Assembly: GCA_027923505.1 (NCBI GenBank) | Contig: BROI01000029.1 | Span: forward strand, 1-64,000 | Reading direction: 5' to 3' | DNA from: Mayamaea pseudoterrestris | Taxonomy: Eukaryota | DNA length: 64,000 bases | Shown: in pieces, positions 22,030 through 33,414 of the stretch | Layout of the letters: every line of letters starts with the position of its first letter | How positions within the stretch are numbered: position 1 is the first letter of the stretch | The notes under the pieces: generated by a model | Seen by the model: only the letters and a program-made list of their open reading frames with translations | What the model was told of the DNA's origin: nothing | The model's database searches: none | Program-made: the position numbers and the translations under genes

Positions 22030-24246
22030 TTAACTTCGCTTCCGAGAAGACTTGTAACGCCTCCTGCTATGGCCATTCTCAACGCTGCCGCTGCCGTTCA
22101 ATTGTTTTCCAATCATCTCACTTGATTGTTTGGGCGACAATCCGTTTGCACTAGATTCAGCCATCTGGTTGGAGACGTCTTGGACCCATGCCAACCACAT
22201 TGTCCATGCTGTATCCAACTCAGGCAGTCTAGCCAGTAACCCGTAAGCAGCGGATGCGAACAACACTCGTGCATGCCTGCGAGTCCGCTGTCGTGGTGTT
22301 GCTGACATTATTGCTTGCATCCAATTTTTCGTAACAAGATATAGCGAAGCGAAGCCGACTACGGCATACGCAGGATATATCAGCCAAGTAGCGAGTCGTC
22401 TGTCAGATACACGTTTTTTCAAAGCATCCGCCGGGTCAATATAGCCAAATGGAGCTAAATCCAACTGATCCATGACATCAACTCCCATTTCCCACCCACT
22501 GGACCAATTATCTCCCTCATGGACCTTCACTTCAGACAAATCCTCAAGAACATGGATAATTTTGTGCAGTACATCATTTTCTATTTGTTGCGGTGAGTCC
22601 AATTGATACGTCAGATGGTGCTGCAACAAGTCAAGTAGATGGCGGGCCAATTCGTCGGGAGACCACCGAAGATCCAAGCATAGTACCGGAGGACCAAGCG
22701 TTCTCGTCCAAGTATTTCCTGGATCACACAAGGATACCAAAGCAGCCGTCGGCTTGAACGTGGAAAGAACGTCGAGAAAGGCTGACTCAACGTTGGAAAC
22801 AAACGGAGGTAGCAGAAAATCATTTATCCGTGGTCCTGTTAAAATAATGCGAAAGTCTTGCGGGCCTCGCCAGCAATCTAAGGAGCTATTGTTGATTGGG
22901 CACTTTTCGTTTATATCCTGAATCCACTCTCGCGCCAGCACCAATCCGTTCAGCAGTGACCGCAGCTGTCGTCGTCCAAGTTCGTCGTCCCGAAAAGCCG
23001 CTGATACAATGACCGACGACACCAGTGCATTGCTTTCGTGCGTGACATTGTCACTGCTACCAAAAGGAGTAAAACTCTTATTCAGTTGTACGTCCAGCTG
23101 ATCTTCCATTCGATGACTACTTGCAAGGTCAGCTTCGCATGGAACGCATGGCGGCAAAAACGGCCCCGAATAAACCAGTAGATTGCGCTGCAAGGCTTGC
23201 CACTGCTTGGCATCGGGCATGCTGCTCCATAGCAAACATCCTGGTGCCCTCCATAGATCAGCCACGGTTCGAAGTCGCTGCAGTCCCAGTGTCTGTCGAA
23301 CGCGGTTTAAAGCAATGAAAGCGCTCGTCAAGTTTAGGCTAGTCAGTCGATCCTGCAGTAATCGATACCAGTAGACAGGATGTAGCCATAGCATCCAGTG
23401 ATATCCTGTCAAGCCATGTTGTAAACTCGATGTTGATCGTACCAATGGATCGCCCAAGACATGTCGAAGGATTGCCGTCTGTTCCACAATCATGAGCGAG
23501 GGTATCAGAAATTGCTCCGCCATGAGCAAGCCTGCCACTGATGTTGCGTCCATGAGCAATACAGTAGGTGGTTCATCGAGTAGTGCCAGCGTTTCCGACA
23601 TGCTTCGCACTAGTGGCGCCGCATTTAGAATGCTGCAGTATATCACGTCTCCGGATGATTGCAGGCTATATCGATAATCTCCTCCGCCTCCGCCATTATA
23701 TAGATTGCACGGCAGTGACTGCGTATTATAGTAAATTGTTCTAAATGTCAATAAGGATTGCGCCGTGACTTGCAAGTGACAGGGCATATGCTGCGCCAAT
23801 GCGGGTCGGATGGCCGATTCACTCGGCATGTTTGGTGCGGAAAGCATTGTCACGCGAATCCCTCGCGTCAAGAGCCCACTCGTTGTCACCATGCACTTTT
23901 CAAAGGATTGTTGTGACGTCAGCAAGACAACCACGTGCATGTTGAGTAATGATATTGATTGATGCGATGAGGACGATGGCCAAAGAATGGTGCTGCTCCA
24001 TGACAAGTCGGTGACGCTGCTCATGGCTGCTGCAAGATCAAAGTCGCACGGCTGACATTGGCTCTGCTGCAGATCTTCCAAGAGAGATGTGGAAGTCTCG
24101 TTCCGAGACAATGTGCGACATCTGTGAAAGGTTTGTGAAGGACTGGAAGGTATGGAAAAGGTCTTTGACAGCAGTGACAGCACGAATAAAAGCACAAGCT
24201 TGAAGCATGCGACGCCCACCCAGCCACTCGACTGGCTTGACGTCAT
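22030..24246 (-). CDS. Membrane-anchored UDP-glycosyltransferase (GT-B)-like protein, divergent
   Basis: N-terminal hydrophobic segment. UGT-like motifs PPTVLLMDATSVAGLLMAEQFLIPSL, LNRVRQTLGL and YSGPFLP. C-terminal TM (TWLIYPAYAVVGFASLYLV) and basic tail. Confidence 0.55.
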   Translation of the reverse strand: MTSSQSSGWVGVACFKLVLLFVLSLLSKTFSIPSSPSQTFHRCRTLSRNETSTSLLEDLQQSQCQPCDFDLAAAMSSVTDLSWSSTILWPSSSSHQSISLLNMHVVVLLTSQQSFEKCMVTTSGLLTRGIRVTMLSAPNMPSESAIRPALAQHMPCHLQVTAQSLLTFRTIYYNTQSLPCNLYNGGGGGDYRYSLQSSGDVIYCSILNAAPLVRSMSETLALLDEPPTVLLMDATSVAGLLMAEQFLIPSLMIVEQTAILRHVLGDPLVRSTSSLQHGLTGYHWMLWLHPVYWYRLLQDRLTSLNLTSAFIALNRVRQTLGLQRLRTVADLWRAPGCLLWSSMPDAKQWQALQRNLLVYSGPFLPPCVPCEADLASSHRMEDQLDVQLNKSFTPFGSSDNVTHESNALVSSVIVSAAFRDDELGRRQLRSLLNGLVLAREWIQDINEKCPINNSSLDCWRGPQDFRIILTGPRINDFLLPPFVSNVESAFLDVLSTFKPTAALVSLCDPGNTWTRTLGPPVLCLDLRWSPDELARHLLDLLQHHLTYQLDSPQQIENDVLHKIIHVLEDLSEVKVHEGDNWSSGWEMGVDVMDQLDLAPFGYIDPADALKKRVSDRRLATWLIYPAYAVVGFASLYLVTKNWMQAIMSATPRQRTRRHARVLFASAAYGLLARLPELDTAWTMWLAWVQDVSNQMAESSANGLSPKQSSEMIGKQLNGSGSVENGHSRRRYKSSRKRS

Positions 24247-24429
24247 TCCTGTCTTGCTTCGGGAAATTTGCTTTAAAAAGCTCACAATGTATATGAAGCC
24301 GTCCAAGGCATGTGTTTCAGCGAGTTTCGTTGGCCATTTTTTGGTTTTGCGTGATATCGATGGTAGTCTTGCGTGTCGCAGAGGAACTCATCATCGTAGG
24401 CAACGTCAATCGTACAAAACAAACAAGCA

Positions 24430-24664
24430 TCACGAGGCAATAGTGTGAAACGAGTGCCAGTGTCAATTACGTCATAAGGCAATAGTATGAAACGAGTGCC
24501 AGTGAAAACTACGTCATGAGGCAATACTGTGAAACGAGTGCCAGTGAAAACTGCGTCATGAGGCAATATCATGAAACGAGTGCCAGTGAAAACTACGTCA
24601 TAAGGCAATAGTGCGAAACGAGTGCCAGTGAAAACTACGTCAAGGCCCCAGTGAAACCTGCGTC
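24430..24664. repeat. 42-bp minisatellite array 2 (~5.5 units), same family and orientation as array 1
   Basis: GAAACGAGTGCCAGTG at 24447, 24489, 24531, 24573, 24615. Confidence 0.95.
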
Positions 24665-25763
24665 GTCCAAGCCCAAGCTCTGTCGTTGATCACCAATAAT
24701 CATTGATCACCATGACGAACAATCGATCACTTGGCAAGCGAAACACTATTGCTTTCACTCGCGATGCCGCGGTCATCTGGAACAGCAATTCTCAAAGATG
24801 GTCGTATTCTGTATGTCAAGAGCCAGGCTTCCATACTCCTCCTGTGTGTCGACGAATGACGAATTATGCTGGAAAGTCAAACGCCGAGAGTTGTGAGCGA
24901 GAAAGCGAACCTTGTCTAAAGCACCTTCGATGTATGCTGAAGCTCTGGGTCAATTTGCAATTGCCAACTGAACAAGGTTTATAGGTCTGCAACGCTTGAA
25001 TTCACCTGGCAAGTTTGTCGACAACAAACAACAAACGGCAATCAATGGAATCTCACCACTGGCACACAGCAGGCATTATTTTGCTCCAATCCGTAAAAGT
25101 CGAGCTGCTGTAGCGTTTGCCAAAGGTCTTGGTACGTGCTTTAGATTCTGCATCTGCGTGCTGGAAATGTTGCTTGTGCCGCTATATGGCAACGATCGCA
25201 TCCCATATGATGCGCTTGTCGCTTGTGTAAAGGTATGATACTTGCAGCCCAATGAAGCACATTTTATTCATTATTCGTAAGGCGACTATATACACAGCGA
25301 TTTATTGTGACTGTAAATACCTTTTTTACAGTCGCTGACGGGAATACATCGGTGCAACGTTTATGTCGGTAGCGGCCATATCTCCTTCCACCAACTATAG
25401 CACCTAAGTGTTAGATTCCACTTGCAACATATTCTTCTTCGATAGATCGTCCATCTGTGCATCTCAGAATTGACGCTTTCGCTCGCTGTCGAGCAAATGT
25501 ATCCATCTTGAAGTGCAAGCCGCGTCCCTACGCACTTCGATTTGATTTGTCCGTCATTTTTACTCTCATTAACCTCCGCTATCTCACTATCTACTACAAC
25601 GTGTATTATAGTCATCGATCTTGTTATGAGCAAGCTGCGAAGGTATTGGAGCGCGTCTTGTGCTCGCACTGATGTGCGCTACACAAAATTCGCACTGAAG
25701 ATTAGCCAAGTGACGTTCGGCCGTCACAAACAGAAACCAAGAGCTGCACCAATGCAACCTCAA

Positions 25764-26363
25764 TCACGTATCGTTATGGCCATCATCTACCGGTAGACAG
25801 ATCTGAGTTAAAAAGTCGGCAGCAAAAGCAGTATCAATGCCACTATCGTCATTTGCCGCACCAACCACAACATCTTCCTCCAATCCACTGTCGACACTTG
25901 CATCATCAAACCACAAATCCGAGCCGTAGCTAATACAAAGCTCATCGCCCTTGCTAATGGATCGATAGACTGAGCTGTAGTATCGAATCGTGCAGCTTCC
26001 GTCTGGTTCATAATGGATTCGATAGTCAATGTTAGGTAGCTTGGAATGATTGAAAAGCGACCCATACCCTAGAGCCAAGAGCATGCCTCCAGAACGCTTT
26101 TCCTTAAACAGATAGTGCTCCAATACAGTATGTCGCATATGGTCGTTGTATTCGGCCGAAGAAACAGGTATTGTTGGAGCAATGTGAATCAATGCTCCTG
26201 GTGGAATTGCGTCAGTGACTGCGAAGAGTCCGCGGCCTTTTGGACCGTTTCTCATAGTGAAGAATGACGACTTGGGGAGGACATGTATTCCATGATCATG
26301 ATTTCGCGTGGATGAAACAAGATCCATCTCATGCGAACTGCCATTAGCAACAATCGACGCCAT
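25764..26363 (-). CDS. Minimal SET-domain lysine methyltransferase
   Basis: KGRGLFA, LALGYGSLFNHS, GDELCISYG are canonical SET motifs. Probable start MASIV at 26363. Confidence 0.88.
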   Translation of the reverse strand: MASIVANGSSHEMDLVSSTRNHDHGIHVLPKSSFFTMRNGPKGRGLFAVTDAIPPGALIHIAPTIPVSSAEYNDHMRHTVLEHYLFKEKRSGGMLLALGYGSLFNHSKLPNIDYRIHYEPDGSCTIRYYSSVYRSISKGDELCISYGSDLWFDDASVDSGLEEDVVVGAANDDSGIDTAFAADFLTQICLPVDDGHNDT

Positions 26364-26559
26364 GGTCGTGCGACGGAATTTGTGGCGCAAATACGGCGTC
26401 CAAGTTGAAGACCGGTACGACACATGCATGGTATCGTACCGGTAACAGAATGAAACGCAACGATCGGATGACTCATCACCATGGATGCAGCCTACTACAT
26501 GCGACTGCACCCCCACGAATCTCATTGTCTAGAGCATCTACGTGTTGAACTATACTGCC

Positions 26560-27468
26560 ATGAAGCTTGAATTGTTGCTGTCTTTCCTACTAGCGTCTGC
26601 TGGTAGCATAAACGCTTTTACAGTCACTCGTAATAGCCGCCATGCAGCTGTGACTTTTAGTAGCTCTCCTTCTCTTCTCTTTTCCGAGCCTTCCGACACA
26701 AGCAGCGACACGAGCGATGACATGTACATTTACGAAGACGCTATCGTTGACGCCGAGAGTCAGCCTTACGAGCCCATGCCGGCGGAAGCAGCCGTTTCAA
26801 ACATATTGGACCTCATGCCGACCAAACTCTTGGGCGATTCCGTGAGTGATGCCACGAGGAGTGCAATCAACGAAGCTTTGCTTTCACTCGAGCGCTTGAA
26901 TCCGACAAGAGATGCTGCCGTTTCGCCATTGCTGAATGGAGTCTGGGAATTGAAATATGTCGGCGGATATACTCCAGAATGGGCTCTTCCATCTCCGACC
27001 CGACAGTTGGCGCTCTTTTTGTATTCGGGTGGATACTCGCCTGGAGTCTTTTGCCTACAGCTTGCGCAGCAACTTCCGTCTGCCTTGGTTGAGATTTTGG
27101 GCGACTTGACGTTAACGATCCGACGTGATCAGCCTCGCGTGGAAGCGTCCATGGACGTCAAATTGCTCTTTGGAAATGTTCAAAGCACTGTCAAGGTGCA
27201 AACGAAACTCGAGGCGCAAAGCTCCATGAGACTGCGCGAAACCTACGAGAGTGCCAAACTGCTCGACCAAAATGTTCCAGTGCCGCAGGCTCTTCAGTAT
27301 ACGCGAGACTTGTATATTACGTACCTGGACGACGACTTGCTTGTTGTCAGAGATGCGTCGGGTGTGCCAGAAGTATTGGTCCGCAAGCAGTTTAGGACGA
27401 CCAGTGTTCGCGAACCGGATAGTTTGGACGGACTTACTCCTCCTGGCATGGCTAATGGAGAAAACTAA
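26560..27468 (+). CDS. Fibrillin / plastid lipid-associated protein (PAP)
   Basis: Signal peptide MKLELLLSFLLASAGSINA-F plus transit peptide. LERLNPT, LLNGVWELKY and ITYLDDDLLVVRD are PAP-fibrillin hallmarks. Confidence 0.88.
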   Translation: MKLELLLSFLLASAGSINAFTVTRNSRHAAVTFSSSPSLLFSEPSDTSSDTSDDMYIYEDAIVDAESQPYEPMPAEAAVSNILDLMPTKLLGDSVSDATRSAINEALLSLERLNPTRDAAVSPLLNGVWELKYVGGYTPEWALPSPTRQLALFLYSGGYSPGVFCLQLAQQLPSALVEILGDLTLTIRRDQPRVEASMDVKLLFGNVQSTVKVQTKLEAQSSMRLRETYESAKLLDQNVPVPQALQYTRDLYITYLDDDLLVVRDASGVPEVLVRKQFRTTSVREPDSLDGLTPPGMANGEN

Positions 27469-27531
27469 TAGCTAGAGTTGGTATCAATGTTAACAAGAAT
27501 CGTTATGAGTTATTAAACTGCCGCTGCATTG

Positions 27532-30432
27532 TTAGAAGGTTGGATTCACAAAAATAGACGCCGAATCATCATTGTCAGCCAAACTCTTTCGGCTCACAGA
27601 TGAACGGCGGCGCTCTTGATCGAAGCTCTGGATTGGAATGCGGGACTTGGTCAAGTTCGCCGTTACGTCGTCGTCGCCGCCGACATGTTCGTCCATTGGC
27701 TGGCTCGATGGAGAAACAATCAAATCATTTCCTTTCCTCGAAGCTTCGCCATCTTCAATCTTCTTCTCTTCTCGCCATTCACTGTATCCTTTTTCAAACG
27801 TAAAAGAAGATCGCTCGGGTCGTCTGGGCATTACAGAGGCCTTCAAAACGGGAGGTTCAAAAGCCAAGTTCCAAGGATTGGCATCGCGTCCGGAAGAACC
27901 AACGAGATGCGTCATGACGCCGTCCAACTGCTCATTTGCCATTTCAAACCATGAATCTGGCTCCATCTTAGCCATATGCGTAGAATCACGGTCCAAGGAA
28001 ACACTAGTCCTCCTGGTAGCTCTCGTTTGGGAGCCACGAAATAGTTGCCCAATGTCTGAGTCAGGAAGAAACGGAGCACAGAGCCAAGAGTTGGCGGCGC
28101 ATGCTGCAGATTTGTCCTTTTCAGCCAAAGGTTCCTCGACTAACTCTGTGGCAGTCTTGCTGCAATACATAAAGTTGCGAAGAAAGTCGTCATTTTCAGA
28201 TGACGATATTTGCAAATCCTTGACCGACGTTCGAGATGGCGAGAAACGAGACATGACACTCAAAGCTACTTCGTAGCCTTTGCTCCGACTCAAGGCTCGC
28301 TTGAAAAATGGGTTCCAAGGACTACATGCCCTTGTGGAGTCCTTGTCTAGCACTGCATCCGCTGACAAGGCACGACGGATGCCTGGCCTAGAAATTGACG
28401 GAGTTACAGGTTCGTGGAAAATTGACTGCGACTTGGAAAGTGACACATCCACCGGTCCCGTCAAAGGAGTTTCTTCGACTATAGATGTTGCAGGAGATAA
28501 TGAGAGGCAACTGCAGTCGACAGGCTCAAGCGACTCTTCACATTGTTCTTGATCCGCTCTCATAGAGATAACTTGCGTATCTTGCAAAATGCTGCTCGAC
28601 TTCGAGCCATTACTTTCCCGTCGCTCTGGACTAGACCCATATATAAGCACCTTTACCTTGCGCGTTCGCACTTTTCTTCTCGTCCTAGGCGTCGGGGGTA
28701 TTTCGACCGAGTTGTCCGTGAGCAACGTCCGGTCTGGAGAACGGGGAGGCGTCAGAGTGGAGGAGTCAAGTGGCGCAGTCATGCTCGTCTCAATCTCATT
28801 TGGTGAGTAGCTTAAAGTGCACTTATCAATTGGCGAAGAACGTCGTAGTTTGAGATCAAATGATGACTCAGAATGAGGGCGACCAAGACCGAGATTACGC
28901 GGAATAAAGATCGATTCCTTCGTCGATCCTTGTGGTGTCGCTGAGTTCCGCAATTGCGGCGGTCCTACAAGTAATATTTTCTCCACTTCATCTGGACTCT
29001 GTTCAAAACTATCGAGCTTGCGGATAATCCTTAGCTTTGCCGGCGTCTCAAAACTTGGGCCAACATCAACTGGTGCCTCATTCGACGTCGGCGTTTCCAA
29101 TGTTTCCTCCCGCATGGAGTTGTTCTCCCAGTTGTTGTGTGTACTATAGGGAGCAGCTGGTCCATTTGCGTTACTGTTGCAAAGTTCTTGTCTTTTCCTC
29201 GAGCATGGCGGCAACGGAGTCATGGGCACGGATTGATTGGTCTCGTCGACATACGACTCGTCGTCCTCAATCATCTCATCGAGCAAAGCTTTACGCGATG
29301 AACCGCCTCGCCGACTCGACAGTCGTTTTATTGACGATTGTTGTATCGGGGCTGCATCATTCTGCTGAAGTGGAAGTTGGTTGCTTCCAAAGTAAGATTC
29401 CGGAAGCTCTAGCCCAGGCAATGGTTCCACAACTCGCATACGGCACTTGCTGCGATTCTTATATCGGTCGTTTGTTAAGTGATCCGCCAGATCATCTGCG
29501 TAGTCACTTGCATCCTCGTGTGAGGATAAACTGCTGCTGTGCACCCACCGATCAAACGAAAAGGATTGTGAAAAAGCACCCAATCCATCATGCAACACGG
29601 AAGACGGCTTCTTCTCTCGACTAGACGAAGGCGACAGTGATAAATTGGCAATGGTCAAACGGACTGACGACTTTGGCTGCAGCGGATTGTAGACCAAGGT
29701 ACGTTCGTCCACCTTGCTGCGACTCAAATGTGTCCGCAAATGATCGTGAAAAGACCCAAAAGACGGAAAAACGTCTCCAGCTGGTCGCAGCGTCAAAACA
29801 TTTAGCTTCTTCCTTCCAAAACGACTCGACAACGCTGTTACAGATTGCGATTTTCGTATTCGTTCAAGATCCTGCGACGCAAACGTCTTGGCTCTGGGAG
29901 CTAAGCGCGGTCGTTGCGAGCTTGTTAAGTTTGGTAGCTCAGTGTCATCGCGAAAACTTGGAATGCCATTAAGCACGTCTCCATTACTACTGCCTAAAAA
30001 TGTACTTGGATGTCCCGCAAAGTATTCCTGGCCCGAAGCAGCCGCCCTTTCCGCCTCCTCTGCCAATTCCAAAATTTCAGTGTAACGAAGCTCGTCACGC
30101 AACTGTCGAGCAACCTGCTCCAAATCATCCTCATCTCGTCGCACTGTAAAACTGTTACTCGGCGACAGACAAGATTGTGCTATAAAGGGTCGTTGCTTTG
30201 GACTATCATTGCCGTGTTGAATGCAATGATTTGTAAATGGGTTGTAGCTAGTTCGTCGGCGTCGTAAACCCTTCCTTTGACTGCTACTTGAAGGCGACGT
30301 AGGAGGGCTTTCATGATCTTGACTGATCGACGAACTGCTTTTGGCTTGGGCGTTCGATTCATCTATCATGTCCTTTTTACTGGACGAAGCGGAGGAGGGG
30401 GGCGGACCAGCGAGCATGATGGTCATCATCAT
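27532..30432 (-). CDS. Hypothetical Ser/Pro-rich, largely disordered protein
   Basis: ~970-codon uninterrupted ORF with no recognised domain. Start uncertain; first ATG run begins at 30432. Confidence 0.7.
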   Translation of the reverse strand: MMMTIMLAGPPPSSASSSKKDMIDESNAQAKSSSSISQDHESPPTSPSSSSQRKGLRRRRTSYNPFTNHCIQHGNDSPKQRPFIAQSCLSPSNSFTVRRDEDDLEQVARQLRDELRYTEILELAEEAERAAASGQEYFAGHPSTFLGSSNGDVLNGIPSFRDDTELPNLTSSQRPRLAPRAKTFASQDLERIRKSQSVTALSSRFGRKKLNVLTLRPAGDVFPSFGSFHDHLRTHLSRSKVDERTLVYNPLQPKSSVRLTIANLSLSPSSSREKKPSSVLHDGLGAFSQSFSFDRWVHSSSLSSHEDASDYADDLADHLTNDRYKNRSKCRMRVVEPLPGLELPESYFGSNQLPLQQNDAAPIQQSSIKRLSSRRGGSSRKALLDEMIEDDESYVDETNQSVPMTPLPPCSRKRQELCNSNANGPAAPYSTHNNWENNSMREETLETPTSNEAPVDVGPSFETPAKLRIIRKLDSFEQSPDEVEKILLVGPPQLRNSATPQGSTKESIFIPRNLGLGRPHSESSFDLKLRRSSPIDKCTLSYSPNEIETSMTAPLDSSTLTPPRSPDRTLLTDNSVEIPPTPRTRRKVRTRKVKVLIYGSSPERRESNGSKSSSILQDTQVISMRADQEQCEESLEPVDCSCLSLSPATSIVEETPLTGPVDVSLSKSQSIFHEPVTPSISRPGIRRALSADAVLDKDSTRACSPWNPFFKRALSRSKGYEVALSVMSRFSPSRTSVKDLQISSSENDDFLRNFMYCSKTATELVEEPLAEKDKSAACAANSWLCAPFLPDSDIGQLFRGSQTRATRRTSVSLDRDSTHMAKMEPDSWFEMANEQLDGVMTHLVGSSGRDANPWNLAFEPPVLKASVMPRRPERSSFTFEKGYSEWREEKKIEDGEASRKGNDLIVSPSSQPMDEHVGGDDDVTANLTKSRIPIQSFDQERRRSSVSRKSLADNDDSASIFVNPTF

Positions 30433-30911
30433 GATCAAGATGCCGACCAAACACCGGTAGCAGGTCTGCAAATCAAAGTTAAACTTCTGCTCTGCTTGAT
30501 CGACTCTCCTGAAAGCGCCTCGTTTAAACAAGTTAAATGCTGCCTTGTAGCATTCTTGGTATTCTTCCGTCGCCAGGACTTGTTCTGTTGGAGCTGCTCA
30601 CACTCTCCGCGGATCGGATGTTTCTGTTCATGGTGGAGGTTGCTCACGCTCACCATTTCGCATAATTAGGCTTGTGGGCTCTATCGGCTGGCGATTCAAC
30701 GGTAGAATTACTTAACGAAATTTGTGTCGAGGCATGCATGGCTTAGGTAGACGAGCAAGCCGATCTTTCAGAGGGTATCTTTTCACGGTTTCAAAACGCC
30801 ATCACAACATTCTTCGCGGTCCAACTTCATCATCCATCATCCATCATCCGCACATCACTCTCAACGCCCGACTACTCAATACTTTATAACACCAAGACAC
30901 CGACGAGCAAG

Positions 30912-31206
30912 ATGGGCATGATTACAAACATGGCAAACGCGGCGGTCGAGCATAAAATTTATGCCGAAGGTACGACTCACGACGCGACGAACGATGAACG
31001 ATGAACGACGAACGACCACGCATCCGCCTATCATCTTTTAATCGGCAGACAGCATGGAATTACCTTTGTCTGGTGCCTAATGAATCTTCTGATGCACGTT
31101 TCTATTCCTCTACTACGCAGGCGGCTATCCAGCTCTCTGGCAGTACAGGGTCATTCGCGCTTACAAGCAATTGGCATCTGGAACCTGCTGCAGTCGCAGC
31201 ATTTAG
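30912..31206 (+). CDS. Predicted spliced 47-aa microprotein (exons 30912-30969, 31121-31206)
   Basis: ATG after a C/A-rich leader. GAAG|GTACG donor at 30970, CTGAT branch-like site and pyrimidine tract, TACGCAG| acceptor at 31120. Product MGMITNMANAAVEHKIYAEGGYPALWQYRVIRAYKQLASGTCCSRSI. Confidence 0.55.
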
Positions 31207-31629
31207 AAAGTGCCTGGCGGATGCGTCGATGTCATTAAGCCATTGCATAGCATGGATGAATGATGCGGTTTGTGATTTGTAAAGAGATATGCAGTCTGTA
31301 CTGTAGGTTCGCCTAGGGAGATGATGATGGTAAACCGAAAAATATATAGCAAGTAGTTAAACGCACATGGTACGTTACACCCAATAAACAACACATGTCT
31401 GCCTCGCGACTAATTCTATACCACTTTCGTCTTTATTGCTGGATCAGCCTCTGTCTGCTCGGTGAACTTGATCGTGCAGCTTCACTCTTGAAAGCACGCA
31501 CGACTCACAAAGGTCAAATGACCGGAGAGTACAGCTGATTATTCGTTTTCCCATTTCTTTTCCATGCGAGTGTGGATGGCTGTTGCAATGGACGAACGGC
31601 GGCAGTCGGCAGCAATGCACGGTTAGTCC

Positions 31630-32910
31630 ATGAGGTTCAGCTCCACCTTTGCTTGTTCCTGTATTCTAAATACTGTCCTGCGAATCAGCATGATGAGTAG
31701 TGGCTTTGTTCCGACGCCACCAAGCTCTCCTCGCAGCGATCGATGTAGCCAAATCACACGCAATGGTCTCCTTTCCAAGCAGCCATTCGCCGCCGACCAG
31801 CGATCGGAATCCTCCTCCACTAGTTCCGTCAGTCTTTCTGAAAGCAGCTTGGAAACAAACTTCACAAAAAGCAACAGCGAAAGCAGCAGCAATTCGTTAA
31901 CCTGCCCAAGACTCAGCGATAAAGCTTTTGACCAGGCAATATTGGAAGAATTCTTACGATCCATTGGATGCACAAATATTGTGAATGTCTGTATTGAAAG
32001 TGTTGCGTCGGAAATGGCCTACTGCAACTCGGTCTATCGGATTGGCGTCTTTGACTCTGCAAAAACATACTACGCCAAGCTCTTTCGACCACTTGCGCTC
32101 AGTCGCATGACTGCCGAACTTGGAAGTATTGATCGATTGGTTTCTAGTCACGGACTGGTACCGACACCGCTCGTGGTGACGGAATCGGCAATCTTGTTTG
32201 ACGAAGTTCGTGGTCGCATTCTGAAGGAGGCGGATTGCCATGGTCGATCCAACGTCAATGATTGCAAGGCGGTGGGACGAGCTTTGGGAATGCTGCACTC
32301 CATTTCGATTCCAGCGACTACAGTGGCCGCTACTGAAAATGTTCTTTGGAAAGCTTGCGAAAGCATGTTGCGCTTGTGCCATGCCGACTACTCCTACCGA
32401 GGCTTGACGCTTCCAAGATTAGTAGACATTGTCAAAGCCGAGCATGCCAAGCTCGAGTCGCTCTCGCTTCCTCTCGTCGCTTGCGGACACGGTGACTGCA
32501 AGCCTTGCAACATTTTTGTTCTCCATAATGACGAGGAAACGTCCGGCGATAATGTGAGCATTCGGTTTATCGACTTGGAACTAGCCGGCACGCACTACAG
32601 GGCTTTTGACTTGGCCAAGTTCTTTCGAACCGATGCGCCCTCGGAGTTGTATACCAAGGCGAACCAGCAAGCATTTTACCAAGCCTACTTGGAGCATTAC
32701 AAGAGTGCAACTGCGGAGCAGCATAAGACACCAGTTGCATGGCTTCGAGACTTGCAACGCGAAGTTAAGTACTTGCTACCCATGACGTGGCTGGAGGCAG
32801 CCATTTTCTTCGTCTGCATGGCTTGTCAAGACCAAGGGCAAGCAAATCGGTGGAACGAGCTGGCCTATCAACGTTTTGAAAGCTATCAAGCAAGCTTATC
32901 GGACGAGTGA
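31630..32910 (+). CDS. Choline/ethanolamine kinase family protein
   Basis: Brenner motif HGDCKPCNIF and choline kinase motif FIDLELAGTHYRAFDLAKFF. N-terminal presequence-like extension. Confidence 0.82.
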   Translation: MRFSSTFACSCILNTVLRISMMSSGFVPTPPSSPRSDRCSQITRNGLLSKQPFAADQRSESSSTSSVSLSESSLETNFTKSNSESSSNSLTCPRLSDKAFDQAILEEFLRSIGCTNIVNVCIESVASEMAYCNSVYRIGVFDSAKTYYAKLFRPLALSRMTAELGSIDRLVSSHGLVPTPLVVTESAILFDEVRGRILKEADCHGRSNVNDCKAVGRALGMLHSISIPATTVAATENVLWKACESMLRLCHADYSYRGLTLPRLVDIVKAEHAKLESLSLPLVACGHGDCKPCNIFVLHNDEETSGDNVSIRFIDLELAGTHYRAFDLAKFFRTDAPSELYTKANQQAFYQAYLEHYKSATAEQHKTPVAWLRDLQREVKYLLPMTWLEAAIFFVCMACQDQGQANRWNELAYQRFESYQASLSDE

Positions 32911-33414
32911 TCAACTGGCATTTGGGTTGCATGTGGGAGCTTCACGCAATGGCGCATACGTTATGCACCATTGAAAGGAAAATAAATGACACTGTAGGGG
33001 TAACAAAAATTATCCGCTATGAATAAATTGTATGGCGTTGTTATCTTTTTGTCCTTTTCACGCGACTGGCCCGAGAATACGGTGAGCAACAGAAACTACC
33101 TGGTTTAGCAAACTCTGGCCGTCAGGTCCAAAACACCTTACTGCCATCTAGCAAACAGCATATACACTCGTTTGTGATATGAACTGTCCTCAAACAACGC
33201 GTAGTTGGCTACCGTATGCACTCCGTTCATGGATAGAATGAGTGAATAATACAGGTATATACAGGGCGACCCTGCAAGTCACCTGTTAGCTAGCCCCAGA
33301 AGTGGTGCGACACGCTGCCAGAGCCAACCATCGTTCCGTCGACCATGGGCACTCGTTTTAATTCTGCGACAGAACATTGTCTGACAAGGCTCAACTGATC
33401 CGCACAATTACAAT

